Assembly: GCF_963506605.1 (NCBI RefSeq)
Contig: NC_083282.1
Span: 85,684,001-85,748,000, forward strand
From: Zootoca vivipara
Taxonomy: Eukaryota
Direction: 5' to 3'
Length of the DNA stretch: 64,000 nt
Part shown: piece by piece, positions 61,158 through 64,000 of the stretch
How the letters are laid out: each line of letters starts with the position of its first letter
Position numbering within the stretch: the stretch's first letter is position 1
Notes under the pieces: generated by a model
The model's database searches: none
What the model saw: only the letters and a program-made list of their open reading frames with translations
Told to the model about the DNA's origin: nothing
Position numbers and translations under genes: made by a program

Positions 61158-62899
61158 TCCAAATGAATGTTCAAATAAACATCCAAATGAATGTTCTTTG
61201 TCATAAACAAATCAGAACAAATGCTTAAGAACCACTGGACATAGTCCACGTTTGTGTCAGATATTTAAAGCAGGATTTTACCATTTTAGCAGTCATGGCT
61301 TCTCCCAAAGAATTATTGGAACTGTATTTTATCACTGGTGCTGAGAGTTATTAGGAGACTCCTGTTTGGCTTACGGAGTGAAAATTGCTAGTTGAATTGA
61401 ATGTTAAACCACTCTGAGAATTGTAGCTCTGGGAGACAAACAGGGGTTGCAAACTACAGTTTTCAATATTATTTGAAGGAAGCCATGACTGTTAAACTGG
61501 GGTAATAGTTCTTTGAATGTATGTTGTGAGTGTGGGCATACTCTAACCGCAATACATATGCAATTAAATCAGGATGAATGCTCAATAAGGTCATTTGGTG
61601 GCTCTCCATTAGGTTATTTCTCATGGCAATAGCAACTCTTCCAGGGTGTAAGACACTGGCATAAAAGAACAAACTCTATATCCCAGGCTCATCCCATCTG
61701 ACATGAAGTTTCTGACAAACCCAAATGACATTGGAAATATGCTTCCGCTTATGCTACTGAGATCCTCCCCCCAAATAACTTTCAGGCAATTGTATAAACA
61801 TTGCTTTCCATTTTGCACACTTTCTCTAGGTGTGCTTGGAGCGGATGCTATTATTGCTTGCTGCCCCCTTCACCAGTTGCATTCCTGTTTCAGGTTAACT
61901 GACATGGGAGAAATCTACTTTTCAGATGAAGCTTTGCAATTAGATGGTAAATATGAAGGTCTCTAAATTTCATCTTGGGAGACGTTTGACAATGTGTTTC
62001 ATGACCGCCAACACAGTGAGTGACAGCGTTAGGAACAAAAAAACAAAACAAAAAAGGTGAAATTCTAGATGTGTGTGTGTGTATGTGTTTTAAATGTAAG
62101 AAATACTTTTGACCTTAGGAAACTTTTAAAACACGATTCAGACTGTCTCCTTTTTGGACATTGTCTTGACGGCTCATATCATTCACTTCATGCCCTGCTA
62201 ACAGCAATCTAAGCTAAGAGCAATTGTAAAGTCCCCAGATATTACCAGGACATTCAACTATGGCAAATGGCCCAAAGAGAAAAGGCTATGTTTTAAACAT
62301 GTTTTGTTATTTTAATCATGATTCTTTATTGTTCATTTCACTTGCATAACAGTACACACCACTTGTCATGGCCGCAGACCAGGAATCCTTGGAGGAGATG
62401 CCTCCTCTTTCTGGTCTGTCCTGTATGCAGCAGCAGATACCAGAGACCACAGCTCTTCCCTTTAATCCCAAGGAGACACCTCTTCCCCCAGACTCTGATA
62501 GCAGAGGTCCACAGGCTCCTTTGAGGATCAGGGGAGCCTTGAGGCAGTATCTCCCCGGACTGAAAACTCAGGGCCTAGTGGAAGCAAATGGCTGCAGAAG
62601 AAGACACCAGCCCTTTAAATGCCCTGATGCAGAATTCAGGAAATGGACCCTGAATTTCATGAATCCCAAGCCCAGGGTGTAGAAATCTGGCAACTTGCAT
62701 GTTCCTCCTCAGCTCTAAGATCACTTGGTTCTGAAATGTGTATCTAGAACCCTCTCCAAGGTGCTGAACTTGCCTTGCCATCTGCTTGGAACCCTTGGGA
62801 TTTATGACCACCTCTTGCTTGGGATCCATGGTGCTAGACAACCTCGTGGATCAGGATGCCATCTCTGGACTTCTGGGTGCCTATACTTTCACTTTCCAT

Positions 62900-63000
62900 T
62901 CATCTTATGAAGTAAAACTATTGCCTACAAGAGCTCATGCTACAACAAATTAGTTAATCTCTAAGGTACTATTGAGTTGTTTGTTTTCTGCAACACAGCT
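62900..63000 (+). mobile_element. Degraded Penelope-like terminal repeat
   Basis: CATCTTATGAAGT...AGAGCTCATGC...TTAGTTAATCTCTAAGGTACTA is colinear with 14790-14860. Confidence 0.5.
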
Positions 63001-63510
63001 AGACTTAGAATTGTATTTTTGGGTGTGATCCAGCCAAAGTTAAGCACCATTAAATCATATTACTTGCAATAAGAGAGATTTAACTATGTGCTCTATTCAC
63101 TCACTTAAATTAATGGTACTTATGCATGCTTAATTTTGCTTTGATTTTGTGCTTCATGTTTACAGCACCCTTTCGAAGCTGCTTTACATGGAGGCAGGCA
63201 GTTGATGTCTCTAACTCAGTAATGTTTTCTTTGATAGGTAGCCACAACCTTCCAGGAGGGGAGGGGTCTTCCCCACCCTTTGCTATCTGTAGTGCTATAA
63301 CCAGAGATTGCTGGAGCTGAATGGGGCTTAAGACATGCAATGTAGGTGGTTTCGCACTGAGCAGAAGAAATGAAAGCAATGCAGTGCAATAACATCTCTT
63401 TCAAAAACGTTTAAAAAGCAATTATAAAGGAGTGAATGAGAAAGGATTGCAGCCTTCAAGCAAATTGCAGCAGAAGCTTAAAGAATAAACTTGAAGACCA
63501 TTCAACCTTG

Positions 63511-63826
63511 TAATAATAATAATAATAGTAATAATAATAATATTCCCCCCCCCCAAAAAAAAACTGGCTGGGTTACCCCAGCCATTCTAGGCAGCTTCCA
63601 ACAGAATATTAAAAACACGATAAAATGTTAAACATTAAAAACTTCTCTAAACAGGGCTACCTTCAGATGTCATCTAAAAGTCAGATACTTGTTTATTTTC
63701 TTGACATCTGATGGGAGGGCGTTCCACAGGGCGGGTGCCACTACCGAGAAGTCCCTCTGCCTGGTTCCCTGCAACCTCACTTCTCGCAGTGAGGGAACTG
63801 CCAGAAGGCCCTCAGAGCTGGACCTC
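63511..63826 (-). mobile_element. L2-clade LINE 3' end
   Basis: ORF part RSSSEGLLAVPSLREVRLQGTRQRDFSVVAPALWNALPSDV; (TAA)n tail. Confidence 0.85.
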
Positions 63827-64000
63827 GAACCACCCCATAATGCTGGTGCATTCTTCCAGTGAGGAGAGAAGCCATAGCCATAGCAGAAGTGCATGTGCCT
63901 TTTATAAATGCATGTCTGCAGGAGAAATGATCACTGATGGTGGCAGTTGCGTCAGAGAAGTAGCCAAGTGGGGTTCCCATAGGCCACTGTGAGAACAATG

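Noticed and set aside
62364-62839. Possible solo LTR (TGTCA...GACA); similar candidates near 1741-2113 and 10880-11220
   Set aside because: No matching TSD or clear internal signals could be established by eye.

Overview
Vertebrate (squamate, most likely lacertid lizard) genomic DNA, judged from Sauria/Squam1 SINEs, Bov-B (RTE) LINEs, and L2 and CR1 remnants. The only supported host coding sequence is one 224-nt exon (50990-51213, + strand) encoding part of the prodomain of a type I classical cadherin, recognised as CDH4 (R-cadherin) exon 3. The window is therefore most likely the distal ~51 kb of the very large CDH4 intron 2, exon 3, and ~13 kb of intron 3. The rest is transposon-rich intron: five 5'-truncated Bov-B copies, three Sauria SINEs, L2/CR1/L1 fragments, many hAT MITEs (8-bp TSD) and Tc1/mariner MITEs (TA TSD), a solo LTR, a Vingi-like 5'-UTR-only element, a DIRS/Ngaro-like piece and microsatellites. 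These are interleaved with AT/TAAT-rich repeat-free blocks that look like conserved non-coding elements, and there is one assembly gap. The most notable items are an intact minimal (dimer-type) hammerhead ribozyme motif in a Penelope-like terminal repeat, the 5'-UTR-only Vingi-like insertion, a sense-oriented solo LTR with CCAAT/TATA/polyA signals 0.7 kb upstream of exon 3, and several nested insertions that order TE activity. Repeat family names come from recalled consensus features, not from a database search.
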